Source: an uncultured delta proteobacterium (GTDB lineage Bacteria > Desulfobacterota > Desulfobaccia > Desulfobaccales > 0-14-0-80-60-11). Taken from it: 64,000 nucleotides of DNA. The position numbers were made by a program, and so were the translations under genes. Shown piece after piece: positions 17,302 to 27,157 of this stretch (positions are counted from its first letter, which is position 1; every line of letters begins with the position of its first letter). The notes beneath the pieces are model-generated. The model was not told where the DNA came from and searched no databases. It saw only the letters and a program-made list of their open reading frames with translations. The stretch covers positions 96,001-160,000 of the forward strand of contig CAWETI010000003.1 of assembly GCA_963812015.1 (NCBI GenBank), read 5' to 3'.

Positions 17302-18534
17302 CTAAGCCAACATCTCCGCGGCCTGGCGCATGAGCGCGGCGATGGCCAGCTTTTGGGGGCAGGCCCGCTCAGCCTGGGAGTAGTCCACCTCGGCCAACCG
17401 CTGCCGAATCGCCTCGGGCAGTCCGGCGAAGGTCAGTTTGGCCAGCTCCGGCTCGCCATAGTACCGATGGTACATGAGGCAGCGCATGACCTCGTTCACG
17501 GGCACGGCCCCGCCCACGGCCTCCTGGCAAAGGTTGCCGCAGCCGGCGCAGTAGTCGGCCTGGGTCTCCAGGGCATACTGGCGCAGGGATTCGAACTCTT
17601 CCCGGGCCAGTTTGGCCTGGTCCCGGGCCGCAGCCACGTTGGCCATGAGGATGGTCAAGTTGGGCATCTGGGAGCAGAGGCTGGCGATTTGGGGGTTTTC
17701 CCAGACCACCTTGAGCTTGGCCTGCTTGTCCGTGAAGCCCCGTTTCAGGAAGCGCTCGGCCATCTCCAGCTTGGCCTCGCTGGCGATCTTGGGCGCGCCC
17801 GGCCCGCCGGCCTGGCTCTTCATGGCCACCAACCCAACCCCGGCCTTCTCGCAAGCGTTCATAGCTTCTTTCAACTTGGGGTCCTGCATGACCCGGAAGT
17901 TGTAGCTGAACATCACTGCGTCGATCCAGCCCAGCTTGGCCGCGCCTGAGAGGCAATCCGCCATGTTGGTGTGGGTGCTGAAGCCGAAGAATTTGAACTT
18001 GCCCGCCTTCTTCATCTCCGCGCCCCAATCCTTGATGGCCGGGGTCATTTGGTCGATGCCGGTGAGGCTGTGGATGAAGAACAGGTCCACGTGGTCCGTC
18101 TGCAGCCTTTTCAGACACTTATCCAGGCGTTCGGTGAGGTTGCCGCCCTTGGCCTGGAGCTTGGTGACCAGGAAGATTTCCTTGCGGGCTTCGGGGTTGC
18201 GGGCGAAGAAGCGGCCATAGCCATCTTCGCTCAGGCCGTTGCCGTAAGACTCGGCCATGTCCCAGTAGGTGACCCCCCATTTCATCGCCTGCTTGAGGAG
18301 CAGTTGGTTGTTGATGGTGTCGAACATGCCCCCCAGGCAGAGGCTGGACACCTCCACCCCGGTCTTGCCCAGCTTCCGTTTGGGCGTGGTCCCGGCCGGG
18401 GCGGGGCCGGCCGGCTGCTCCGGCGCGGCGATGGCCCCGGTGGCGCCGGCCCCCGCCACCGCGAGGCTGGCCAGTCCGACGGTCTTGACGAAATCCCTGC
18501 GGGTAACGCCTGTATCGTTGCTCTTCCGGCTCAT
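17302..18534 (-). CDS. Aldo/keto reductase with Tat signal and C-terminal Fe-S motif
   Basis: TRRDFVK Tat motif; RKLGKTG, DMAESY, VTK, LFFIH; CAGCGNLC...RC...ACP. Confidence 0.85.
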   Translation of the reverse strand: MSRKSNDTGVTRRDFVKTVGLASLAVAGAGATGAIAAPEQPAGPAPAGTTPKRKLGKTGVEVSSLCLGGMFDTINNQLLLKQAMKWGVTYWDMAESYGNGLSEDGYGRFFARNPEARKEIFLVTKLQAKGGNLTERLDKCLKRLQTDHVDLFFIHSLTGIDQMTPAIKDWGAEMKKAGKFKFFGFSTHTNMADCLSGAAKLGWIDAVMFSYNFRVMQDPKLKEAMNACEKAGVGLVAMKSQAGGPGAPKIASEAKLEMAERFLKRGFTDKQAKLKVVWENPQIASLCSQMPNLTILMANVAAARDQAKLAREEFESLRQYALETQADYCAGCGNLCQEAVGGAVPVNEVMRCLMYHRYYGEPELAKLTFAGLPEAIRQRLAEVDYSQAERACPQKLAIAALMRQAAEMLA

Positions 18535-18689
18535 GGTAGTTACCTCATAGTCTGATGATTAATGGATGGTTTAATACAAATTGAACGCGTTTATAAGTCC
18601 TAATTTCTTCAAGATGGATTGAGGGGAATTATGAAGGCTCAGGTGATCCTCCCGAATAGCCCCCCACACCCAGGGCCCGCTTCACTGCT

Positions 18690-20423
18690 CTAAATGAGCA
18701 TGCGCCCCGGACCTGAACGGGATTCGTTTTCACTGTATACCCGAATGGCCCGCAGGCCCGATACCGGGCATTCATGCTCGCACATGCCGCAGCCGATGCA
18801 CCTGGCAGGGTCCATGAAAGGACGCTGCAATCTCACCACAATATCCACCCGTACTCCGGCTGCCGGGGGGCTGTCTCCGGCCAGGGGGCGCTCTATGGTC
18901 AGCCGGGTTCCCGCCAAGCCGGTAATGCGCCTAAGCGCGGCCTCGGGCTGCCCGGTGGCCCGCAGGTAGTAGTCGCCGCTGGCCAGGTTCACCGCGGTGG
19001 GGATAGCCGCATCCAGGATCACCCCTGGTCCCTGAACCTTGGCCGGTACGGCCTGGCCGTCCCGGATGGTTTCAAATGTCGTCCGGGTGAAGATGGCCTT
19101 GGGGCTCACGGGGCACAATTCATGACAGACCAGACAGGGCCGGTCCATGGCCCAGGGCAGGCAGCGGGTGCGGTCCACGAAGGCGGTGCCCATGCGGATC
19201 GGCCCCTGGGCGGCGAACTCGCCGGCGCCTTGCTTTTCCTCGAGGCTTAAGGGGCGGATGGCCGCGGTGGGGCAGACCTGGCCGCAGGCGATGCAGTTGG
19301 GCTGGCAGCCGCTGCGGCCGATGCGGTAGTTGACCGCCGGGGTCCACAAGCCCTGCACCCCGGCTTCGAGCACGGCGGGTTGGATGATGTTGCCGGGGCA
19401 GATACGCATGCATTGGCCGCAACGGATGCAGCGGGCCAGGAAACGCTCCTCATCCAGGGCCCCGGGTGGACGGATGAGGTTGGGGTTACGGTTGGTCCCG
19501 GCCAGTCCGCCGACTTCCCACATGGATACCAGGAGCAGCCCCGACCCGGCCACGATAAACCCGCGCCTGGACAAGTCCGGCAACCCCACCTCACCGGCCG
19601 CCGAGGGTTTGTCGGCAAAGGTGATCCGGCCGGCGGGGCAACGGTGCAGGCAGTTCATGCACAGCACGCACTCGCCGCCAATGATGGTTCCCGAGGGACG
19701 GCAGGCGCCTTCGCAGTATTCCTCACAGATGCGGCAATCGCCGCAGCGATCCGAAGTCTTGCCGATGCGCCAGGGGGTGAAACGGCTCAAGAGGCCGAAG
19801 AGGGCTCCCAGCGGGCAGATGAACCGGCAGAAGAACCGGGGCAAGACCAGGTTCAAGCCCACCACTCCCAGGAACACGACCCCGAACAGCCAGGTCGAGG
19901 CGTAAAAGCGCGGCGCGTCGCTGAGTAGGCCCAGGCGGTTATCGGCCAAGGGGGCCAGGGCCAGGTTGACGCTGCGGTGCAGCAGGGGCAGCGGGTCAAA
20001 AATCCCAGTCTGCACCGACCCCATGAGAGCCAGGGCCAGCAGAAAGGCCAGGAGATAGTATTTTAAGGCCTGGGCCCGGCGGTGGCGATTGGCCTCCACC
20101 CTGCCACCCATGCCTTGACCCCGCCGCCCCAGCCAACCGGTGAATTGGTTGATCGTGCCCAGGGGGCAGGCGAAGCCGCAGAAAAACCGGCCTAGGAACA
20201 GGGTCAGCCCGATGGTGACCAGGGCCCAGGCCAGGGGTGCAGAGAAGGTGTGGGTGGACAAAACCGTGCTGATCGCGGTGAGGGGGTCCAGTTCCAAAAT
20301 CCAGTTGATGGGCCAACCGCGCAACTGCCACCAAGCCGCCCCGAGGGTGGCCGTGATGCAAAACCACAGGAAAACCGCCAGGAAGAAGATTTGGCTGATG
20401 CGACGGACGGTGACGATGCGCAT
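18690..20423 (-). CDS. Membrane polyferredoxin (NapH/MauN-like fused to NapG/MauM-like)
   Basis: GRFFCGFACPLG, RFFCRFICPLG, internal SRRGFI, RPPGA..CIRCGQC, several CxxCxxCxxxCP motifs. Confidence 0.85.
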   Translation of the reverse strand: MRIVTVRRISQIFFLAVFLWFCITATLGAAWWQLRGWPINWILELDPLTAISTVLSTHTFSAPLAWALVTIGLTLFLGRFFCGFACPLGTINQFTGWLGRRGQGMGGRVEANRHRRAQALKYYLLAFLLALALMGSVQTGIFDPLPLLHRSVNLALAPLADNRLGLLSDAPRFYASTWLFGVVFLGVVGLNLVLPRFFCRFICPLGALFGLLSRFTPWRIGKTSDRCGDCRICEEYCEGACRPSGTIIGGECVLCMNCLHRCPAGRITFADKPSAAGEVGLPDLSRRGFIVAGSGLLLVSMWEVGGLAGTNRNPNLIRPPGALDEERFLARCIRCGQCMRICPGNIIQPAVLEAGVQGLWTPAVNYRIGRSGCQPNCIACGQVCPTAAIRPLSLEEKQGAGEFAAQGPIRMGTAFVDRTRCLPWAMDRPCLVCHELCPVSPKAIFTRTTFETIRDGQAVPAKVQGPGVILDAAIPTAVNLASGDYYLRATGQPEAALRRITGLAGTRLTIERPLAGDSPPAAGVRVDIVVRLQRPFMDPARCIGCGMCEHECPVSGLRAIRVYSENESRSGPGRMLI

Positions 20424-20440
20424 GGTGTGTTGTCCGAGAA

Positions 20441-21463
20441 TTAAGCGCTAGTATTAAGGAGCAGCGGGTTGAGCCGGCGATAGTCGGCGATGCCCGCGCC
20501 GGCTTTCTCAGCCATGAGAATATAGGGCACGTCGGCCAGGGTACGCCCCAAAAGTTCCACGCCCACGGCGTCAGCAGCCACGGGGTCGGTGGAGACGACC
20601 AGGGTGCCGGTGTCCTTCAGGTCGGACAGGGACCCGCCGGTGGGGCCGTTGGTCATCATGCTCACCGTGCCGTCCAGGACGCACAGGGTGGGCTTGAGCA
20701 ACTGCGACAGCTCGGTGATGATGCCGTTGATGTCCTGGTGGAAGACGTTGCGCCGCCCCCCCAGGAAGCCGTAGAAATTCTTGAGGGTCATGGAGGCCCC
20801 GGCGCGCTGGTGGTCTTTGACTGGACTCACCACGATGACCTTGGTCACTCCCGGGAAGACCCCGGCCATGACCGGCCAGTTTTCCAGGAGCTTGCCCCCG
20901 GGGAGGCTGACGGGAGCAAAGAGGGTGGCCCGGGGCGTTATGAGCCTGGCCCCGGACTTCAGAGCGGCATTGGCCAGTCCGGTGATCTCGAAGCAGCTAT
21001 CGGGATTGTTGATGGGGTTGTCCGTTACCAGCACCTGGGCCGCTCCGGCTTTGAAACAGAGGCTGGCCACCGCGGTGAGCACCTCCGGGTTCGTGGTGGC
21101 CCCCAGGGAAGGCGGAGTGGCGAACGCGGCGTTGACCTTGATGAGCACCCGGTCGCCCTTGCCGATGAAGGACTCCATGCCTCCCAGGGCTTGAATCCCC
21201 CGCTGGACCATCACCGCCCGGTCCGTGCCCCGGACGATGGCCATTTTCGCCTGTCCCGGGGTCAGGGTGCGCAGGCTATAATCCCCCAACCCGGTCAGCG
21301 CCTTCTGGCCCTCGGAAGGGCCCGGGCCTTTCGGGTCATACAGGGCCAGGCCAAGGCCGCAGGCCCCCAGGGCCACGGCCGAGGCGTACCCCAGCCGCTT
21401 GAGAAAATCCCGGCGGTTCAACTCGCCGGCTATGATCTGTTCTGCCTCACTGGGTTTCTTCAC
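20441..21463 (-). CDS. DUF362 domain protein with Tat motif
   Basis: NRRDFLK; GDRVLIKVN, ATTNPE, MTLKN, DPVAAD. Confidence 0.82.
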   Translation of the reverse strand: MKKPSEAEQIIAGELNRRDFLKRLGYASAVALGACGLGLALYDPKGPGPSEGQKALTGLGDYSLRTLTPGQAKMAIVRGTDRAVMVQRGIQALGGMESFIGKGDRVLIKVNAAFATPPSLGATTNPEVLTAVASLCFKAGAAQVLVTDNPINNPDSCFEITGLANAALKSGARLITPRATLFAPVSLPGGKLLENWPVMAGVFPGVTKVIVVSPVKDHQRAGASMTLKNFYGFLGGRRNVFHQDINGIITELSQLLKPTLCVLDGTVSMMTNGPTGGSLSDLKDTGTLVVSTDPVAADAVGVELLGRTLADVPYILMAEKAGAGIADYRRLNPLLLNTSA

Positions 21464-22476
21464 GGCTTCCCCTTGAGCGCCTTCCTCAAGTTGGCGGCGA
21501 GCTCCAGAGCGACTGCGGCTGAAGACGCGTCATGGACTCCGGCCAGTGTCCCCCCCTCGACAAAGACTATTTCAAACGAGTTATCCAGGACGAGGACCGG
21601 GATGTCCCCCGGCTGGCCCGGGGTCTGGACCTTCTGGTAACCGTTGGCGGCCAGAAAATCCAGGTAACGCCGCGCCTCCGCCTGGGCCTGCTCCGGGGTG
21701 TCTCGCGGCGCCATAAATGCCGTGGCCTTGCCGTTCTTCAGGCTGTATTCTCCGGTGAGCACGTTGTTCAAACCCTCCAGGCAGAAGGTGTCGGTGGCGC
21801 ACAGGCGCACGGTATCCAGGGCCAGGCCTTCTTTGGGAAAGAGGGCGGCCTCATCCTTCGCTTCCCCCTGGGAGGGAATTTTGGCCAGGAGTGCGGTGGC
21901 ATAGGCCTGAAGGGAACTTTTCAGCGCCTCCGAAGCCCGGTCAGCCACGATCTCCACATAAAACTGCCCCTGAGTGAAGAACAAAGCATTGGCCGTGACA
22001 TAGGCATTGGCGGTCAGGGGAATACTGGGGGAGCCCGGGCGGCGTTGGCCGCTGAACACGGCAAAGGCATTTTGGGCTGAGCCCATATCGTAGAGATAGA
22101 CGTCCACATGCGCCCCGCCCGCCGCGCCCAGATTGAAGCTGCGGCAGGACATTTCCTTGAAGCCCGCGGACAGGTAGAGCTCGGCCTTGCCGTCGATCTT
22201 ATCGGAAAGATTATCCGGGTTGTAGCTCTCGATGGGGGTAAGGGGAGTGAACCCAGAGACCTCGGGGAGGAACGCCGCCGTGGCGGCCGGGGCCTGGCCG
22301 GAAACGGCCTGGACCCGGCCCTTAAGCTCGGGGGCGCGCATGGCCACGATCACCGCGGGATTGAAGCGGGACTGGGCGACCAGAAGCCAGACCGCGATCA
22401 AGCCCAACACGGCGAGAATACCGTAACCGGTCCACTGCTGGGCCACGCCCACCTTTGCCTTTCTCGGTGCCATCAT
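21460..22476 (-). CDS. Membrane-anchored periplasmic protein (DUF6599-like)
   Basis: N-terminal TM; NLSDKIDGKAELYL..GF, YDMGS..NAFAVFS. Confidence 0.6.
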   Translation of the reverse strand: MMAPRKAKVGVAQQWTGYGILAVLGLIAVWLLVAQSRFNPAVIVAMRAPELKGRVQAVSGQAPAATAAFLPEVSGFTPLTPIESYNPDNLSDKIDGKAELYLSAGFKEMSCRSFNLGAAGGAHVDVYLYDMGSAQNAFAVFSGQRRPGSPSIPLTANAYVTANALFFTQGQFYVEIVADRASEALKSSLQAYATALLAKIPSQGEAKDEAALFPKEGLALDTVRLCATDTFCLEGLNNVLTGEYSLKNGKATAFMAPRDTPEQAQAEARRYLDFLAANGYQKVQTPGQPGDIPVLVLDNSFEIVFVEGGTLAGVHDASSAAVALELAANLRKALKGKP

Positions 22477-22494
22477 CCTTCCGAATAGGCCAGC

Positions 22495-23106
22495 TTATGG
22501 AGAAATTTTCTTCTGCTGGCTCAGATCGTAGATCGGGGCAAATTTAAGCTCCTGGCGCAGAACCTCTTCCGGAGATTTGGTCAGGAGTTCCCCATTCTTT
22601 TGGATAAAACGCAGTTCGGCGCCGACCCCGCACCCCGCGGTGCAGGCCTGTTCCAGCTTGGATCTGGCCGCGTCGAACTCCTCTCCCGCCTTGCTCTTGT
22701 GGAATTTTTCCCGCCATTCGATCCATTGCCGGGGGGTCAAGCCGCTCTGGTCGATGAAGACATAGTAGACTACCTTGTCCGGGCAGTCCTCTTCCAGGTA
22801 GAGGGTGTACTCCGCCAGCGTGTCCGGGTTGCCTGGCCCGGCCGGGCGATCTTTATCAGTCGCCTCCATGAGCCAGGCCGTCGGGCATTTGCGGGAGGCG
22901 GCAAAGGCCTTCACCGTACCGAAAATGAACCCCGGGTTCATCTCGTCAGCCACGAAATTGCCGGCCAGGAACTTCTCGGGTGGGGTGAAAGCGGTCAGCC
23001 CGTTGGCTTGCCGCAGGGCCGTGGCCTTGGCGCTCGCCGCCCAGGCGGTGGCGCCATTGCCAACCAAGAGGAAAAACCCCAGGAATATCGGCAGTAAACG
23101 CATCAT
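22495..23106 (-). CDS. Secreted hypothetical protein (4 Cys)
   Basis: Signal peptide ending AWA-A; RBS GGAGG; first gene of the cluster. Confidence 0.65.
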   Translation of the reverse strand: MMRLLPIFLGFFLLVGNGATAWAASAKATALRQANGLTAFTPPEKFLAGNFVADEMNPGFIFGTVKAFAASRKCPTAWLMEATDKDRPAGPGNPDTLAEYTLYLEEDCPDKVVYYVFIDQSGLTPRQWIEWREKFHKSKAGEEFDAARSKLEQACTAGCGVGAELRFIQKNGELLTKSPEEVLRQELKFAPIYDLSQQKKISP

Positions 23107-23347
23107 ACCCCCTCCTCCCTTACTGCGAAAAGTGAAATGTCGAGATTGCGGTCCTTCGGAAAGGTGTTCAGATCACTGGCAGCCGCGTGGGCCCAGTGGA
23201 GTGAGGTTGCGACCACCTGGGATAAATCAGCCATGGATAAAATCCTTTGGATATAATTTTAGCTACACTATGCTCAATTGCAAGTGCTCCATAAGGATCA
23301 AAATTATTTTTTGTATAGCAATTGCCAAAAGTTCTTTCCTTTTATTA

Positions 23348-23382
23348 CCCTCTCCCTTTGCGGGAGAGGATCAGGGTGAGGG
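23348..23382. repeat. CCCTCTCCC...GGGAGAGG..AGGGTGAGGG palindromic repeat
   Basis: Matches a widespread proteobacterial intergenic palindrome pattern; single copy in this window. Confidence 0.4.
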
Positions 23383-23422
23383 TGAATAAGAAAGAACTTT
23401 TGGCAATGAGTATAAGGCCGGG

Positions 23423-24904
23423 TTATCCGCCTCCGCCCCGCATTGCTGCTCCAGCCTGCCGTCGGTCCAGCCGGGCGACGCATTCGATGTGGGCCGTATG
23501 GGGGAAGAGATCGAAGGGTTGGACGGTCAGGATATCGTAGCGATCCTGGAGGAGGCCCAGGTCCCGGGCCAGGGTGGCGGGGTTGCAGGAAACATACATG
23601 ATCCGCCGGGGGGCAATCTCCCGGAGGGTTTGCACCACCTGGGGGTGCAGGCCGGCCCGGGGCGGGTCGGTGATCACCACATCGGGGCGAGGCTGGTTAC
23701 GGGGGCCGGCTCTGAGGGCCTCCCGGATACGCTCTTTCAAATCTCCCGCCAGGAACTGGCAATTTTCCAGGCCGTTGAGCCGGCTGTTGATGTAAGCATC
23801 GTTTACGGCTGCCGCCACCAGTTCAAATCCCACCACCCGGCGCACTTTTCCGGCCAAAGTCAGGGCGATGCTGCCGGCCCCGCCATAGAGATCCCAGACG
23901 GTCTCTTCGCCGGTGAACTCGCCCAGCCGGCCGATGGCGTCATATAAACCTTCGGCGGCCGCGGTATTGGTCTGGAAGAAAGAGTTGGCCGTGATCCGCA
24001 GGCGCAGATCGCCGAGGTGCTCTTCAATGTATCCCGGGCCCCACACGGTGCGGCTGTCTTCGCCACTGGCCACCTGGGCTTTGGTCCGGCTGCGGGAATG
24101 CAGCACGGTGGTGATGGCCGGGAAGCGGGCCACCAGATGGGCGGCCAGGGCCTCCACCGCGGCGGGGTCGCCCTGGTCGGTGGTGATGAGGTGCACCAGC
24201 GTCTGGTCGGTGCGCTTGCCCTCGCGCAGCACCAGAAACCGCCAGAAGCCCCGATGGGTGTGGGTATTATAGGCGGACCGGCCGCTTTGGCCGCACCAGC
24301 GGCGCACCTCCTGGACGATGGCCGTGGACTGGGTTGATTGCAGAAAGCAGTGCTCCAGATTAAAAACCTGGTCGGGGGAGACCCCCACATGCAACCCCAG
24401 GGCGCAGCCGCCGCTTAAAGCGCGGTTTGCCGCAGCGGGGTCGCCAGCGGGCAGCCAGGGCCGGGGGGCAAAGGCAAACTCCATTTTGTTGCGATAATAC
24501 TGCTGGTGCGGTGAGGCCACCGGCGGCAGGATATCCCCGGGCGTCAGCCCCGCCAGATGCTGGAGACATTCCTGGACGTGGAGCCTCTTCCAGTGCAACT
24601 GCTCCTCATAGGCGAGATCCTGCCACTGGCAGCCGCCGCAGACCCCAAAATGGGGGCAGAAGGGTGGGGCATACGCCGGGGATTGGGTCAGGAGCTGCAC
24701 CACCCGGGCTTCGGCGAACCGGGATTTTTTCCGGGTAATCCGCACCCGCACCCTTTGGCCGGGGACGGCGTGTCCCACGAAGACCACGCACCCATCCACC
24801 CTTCCCAGGGCTTTCCCGCCAAAGGCCAGCTTGTCGATGAGAAGATCGACCTCCGCGCCCTTGGACAGCACGGGGGCAGCGGCCTTGGGGTTCGCCGGGG
24901 GCAT
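23423..24904 (-). CDS. rlmD: 23S rRNA (uracil-1939-C5)-methyltransferase
   Basis: TRAM domain, CPHFGVCGGC, YRNKMEF, SFFQTN, DPPRAG, YVSCNPATLARD, DLFPHTAHIE. Confidence 0.92.
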   Translation of the reverse strand: MPPANPKAAAPVLSKGAEVDLLIDKLAFGGKALGRVDGCVVFVGHAVPGQRVRVRITRKKSRFAEARVVQLLTQSPAYAPPFCPHFGVCGGCQWQDLAYEEQLHWKRLHVQECLQHLAGLTPGDILPPVASPHQQYYRNKMEFAFAPRPWLPAGDPAAANRALSGGCALGLHVGVSPDQVFNLEHCFLQSTQSTAIVQEVRRWCGQSGRSAYNTHTHRGFWRFLVLREGKRTDQTLVHLITTDQGDPAAVEALAAHLVARFPAITTVLHSRSRTKAQVASGEDSRTVWGPGYIEEHLGDLRLRITANSFFQTNTAAAEGLYDAIGRLGEFTGEETVWDLYGGAGSIALTLAGKVRRVVGFELVAAAVNDAYINSRLNGLENCQFLAGDLKERIREALRAGPRNQPRPDVVITDPPRAGLHPQVVQTLREIAPRRIMYVSCNPATLARDLGLLQDRYDILTVQPFDLFPHTAHIECVARLDRRQAGAAMRGGGG

Positions 24905-25201
24905 GTCAAGAGACCTGCAGAGAACGGGGCAGGAGGGGAGAAAACGGCACCACGTTTATGGTTGCCAAAACTCTAGCGGATTGTCTCAATTCTGGTCCGA
25001 ATCATCAAGGGAACGTATGAGGTTCGGTTCCCCGTTGAGATCAAGATAGCAAGATTTGAGCCGCAAAGCAAAAGATGGAGATCGGATCGGCAAATATTTT
25101 ATATTATTTGCAATTTCCTGATATTGGCAAGTAACTATGATGCAAAGGAAAGCTCTGTCTGCCCTATCGGTTGGTGGTATCCGGGGATTCCAGGCTCCGC
25201 C

Positions 25202-25660
25202 TCATTTGGTGGCCTTAGCGGCTCCGCGGTTTTCTTCGTGCCACTTTTTTAATGCCAGGAGATACTTGGCCTGCTGCAAAGGAGTCAGCAAGGTCATCTC
25301 CTCTTGACGCTGCGCTTTGAAAGATTCGAAGAGCTGGTTATGGTCGGCGATAACCACCGGCACCAACTCTTTGATTTTGACCTCATCCGGCTTTGGGCCG
25401 GCGACGGCTTTTTCCAGGTCAGTTTCATTTTTCTTCAATTTCTCAATGAGGCTCTCTCGGGTTTGTGAGTATTTAGCCCCTATCGCCTGAAGTTCCGCGG
25501 CGTTCTCAGGGGTCAAGTTGAGCTCCTTTACTAGCTTTTCCCATTCCAACTTGTAGTGGCTGTCCGCGGGTTCCGACTGCGCCTGACAATTACCCGGTGT
25601 CAGGAGCATGGCCGCCATCAGCAACACCAAGGCCATGTGCCAGAAGTCATTGCTTTTCAT
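25202..25660 (-). CDS. Spy/CpxP-like periplasmic helical protein
   Basis: Signal peptide; LNLTPE and LLTPLQQ (LTxxQ) motifs; RBS AAGGAG. Confidence 0.75.
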   Translation of the reverse strand: MKSNDFWHMALVLLMAAMLLTPGNCQAQSEPADSHYKLEWEKLVKELNLTPENAAELQAIGAKYSQTRESLIEKLKKNETDLEKAVAGPKPDEVKIKELVPVVIADHNQLFESFKAQRQEEMTLLTPLQQAKYLLALKKWHEENRGAAKATK

Positions 25661-26020
25661 ATTTAATTCTCCTTATATCGAGCCGTGGATAAATCCGGTT
25701 CCGACATTCTTTTGGTCCAATAATTTTAATTTAAGACGCACCCTTATCCAAGGCAAGCCTTTCCTCTGAAAAAGGTCACGGTACGTTGCCTGGCCGCAGT
25801 TATAGGCACCTCCGGCCTGGCTGGTGCATTTTGAAAGGCTTACAATTCTTCCAGGAAGACGGCCGTCTTGAAAATCGCCAGAATGATCTTAACTTAATAA
25901 TTAAATTATAGACTCTTATATAATCGCCGCCGCCCTGATGAACTGCAAAACACTGAAGCCAGGGGGTCGGCCAGATTCTGGTGGTGTATCTCCCCGGTAG
26001 AATGGCGTAAGGTGATGATA

Positions 26021-26302
26021 ATGCTGCCCTATAAGCTACTCCCGATGTGCATATTGTTTGCTTTAGTCGCCTGCGTGCCCTATGCAGGCAATGGGGTATA
26101 CTATCCTTTTGAAAATTATTATGGATACGAATACCCCGCAGCATATTATTACTATCCCTATTACTCTCGTCCGTATGGCTACTATTACTATCCGCACTCT
26201 CAAATACATGTGGAGCAGAAAGGATACATGGGCGTTGGACACCGGGGAGCTGAGGGGCAATTTGAAGGCCACGGTGGTCACGGCCACGGGCGAGGGAAAT
26301 AA
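26021..26302 (+). CDS. Small Tyr-rich putative lipoprotein with Gly/His tail
   Basis: LVAC lipobox, YYYYPYY repeats, GHGGHGHG tail; start uncertain (26012/26021/26045). Confidence 0.5.
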   Translation: MLPYKLLPMCILFALVACVPYAGNGVYYPFENYYGYEYPAAYYYYPYYSRPYGYYYYPHSQIHVEQKGYMGVGHRGAEGQFEGHGGHGHGRGK

Positions 26303-26507
26303 TGGTCTCTTCCGATATGAGGATCATATCCGCAACTTTTTGCAATTTCTGAGAAGTTTCATTGGTGGCAAGGTATCAACTATTCCTACTGTTCAGTCGG
26401 ACACAAAAAGGGCAGAGCCATGGCTGACCCTGCCTGTTTATCGCTAAAAGAGAAGGGAAAATGCTTTCATTTGCATTAGTTAAGCAATTAAACTATAAAT
26501 CTTTAAA

Positions 26508-26927
26508 CTAAGGGCCCGTCCGCTGATAGGCAGTGCGGTAAATAAATCCATCAGGATTTATCCAGAACATCTCGTAACTGATATGAGATATCTTTCCGCC
26601 CCGGGAAGAACCACCGCCACCGTCCCCTCCACCTCGAGAAGAACCACCTCCGCTATGTCGGCCCATGCCGCCGCCGTAACCTCCTCCATGAGAGGAGCCA
26701 CCACCGCTACCCGAATCAGGGGATAATTCAGATGACGAATATAAGAAAATTTTGCCACCCTGACCGTCATCCATTTTATCACTCGGAGGTCCCTTGGCAG
26801 CAATTAGGTCGTTAAAGTTTTTGCCCTTCCACTCTTCTTCTAACTTCTGGGCCTTATCATTGGTAACAGTGGCGCAACCTGCGATGAGCAGACCCCCAAG
26901 GATTAAGAGCATAATTTTAGTTTTCAT
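26508..26927 (-). CDS. Putative lipoprotein with Gly/Ser-rich insert
   Basis: MKTKIMLLILGGLLIAGC lipobox; LIAAKGPP; GGGSS(H/R)GG repeats. Confidence 0.7.
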   Translation of the reverse strand: MKTKIMLLILGGLLIAGCATVTNDKAQKLEEEWKGKNFNDLIAAKGPPSDKMDDGQGGKIFLYSSSELSPDSGSGGGSSHGGGYGGGMGRHSGGGSSRGGGDGGGGSSRGGKISHISYEMFWINPDGFIYRTAYQRTGP

Positions 26928-27106
26928 ATCCAACCCCATACGAAGTTTTGAAGAGGCCTGGCAGAAGATCCCACCTCCATTCACCCCTTCAATAATTAAC
27001 ACAAAAAAGAGGAGAATTCGGCTTGACCCTTAATATTTTAGGAAGGTTGGAAAGATGAGACTGGGAGAATGGGCATAGGAAACATTAATAATTTAAAAAG
27101 AGAGCG

Positions 27107-27157
27107 TGATCTGCCCCCCAAAAACTGACCTACAAGTTATGTTAGAGTGGCAGATCA
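27107..27157 (+). mobile_element. IS3-family-like left end remnant
   Basis: TGATCTGCCCCCCAAAAACTG resembles IS3-family IRL; followed by GGAGG and no intact transposase ORF; TGATCTGCC...GGCAGATCA inverted repeat. Confidence 0.45.
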
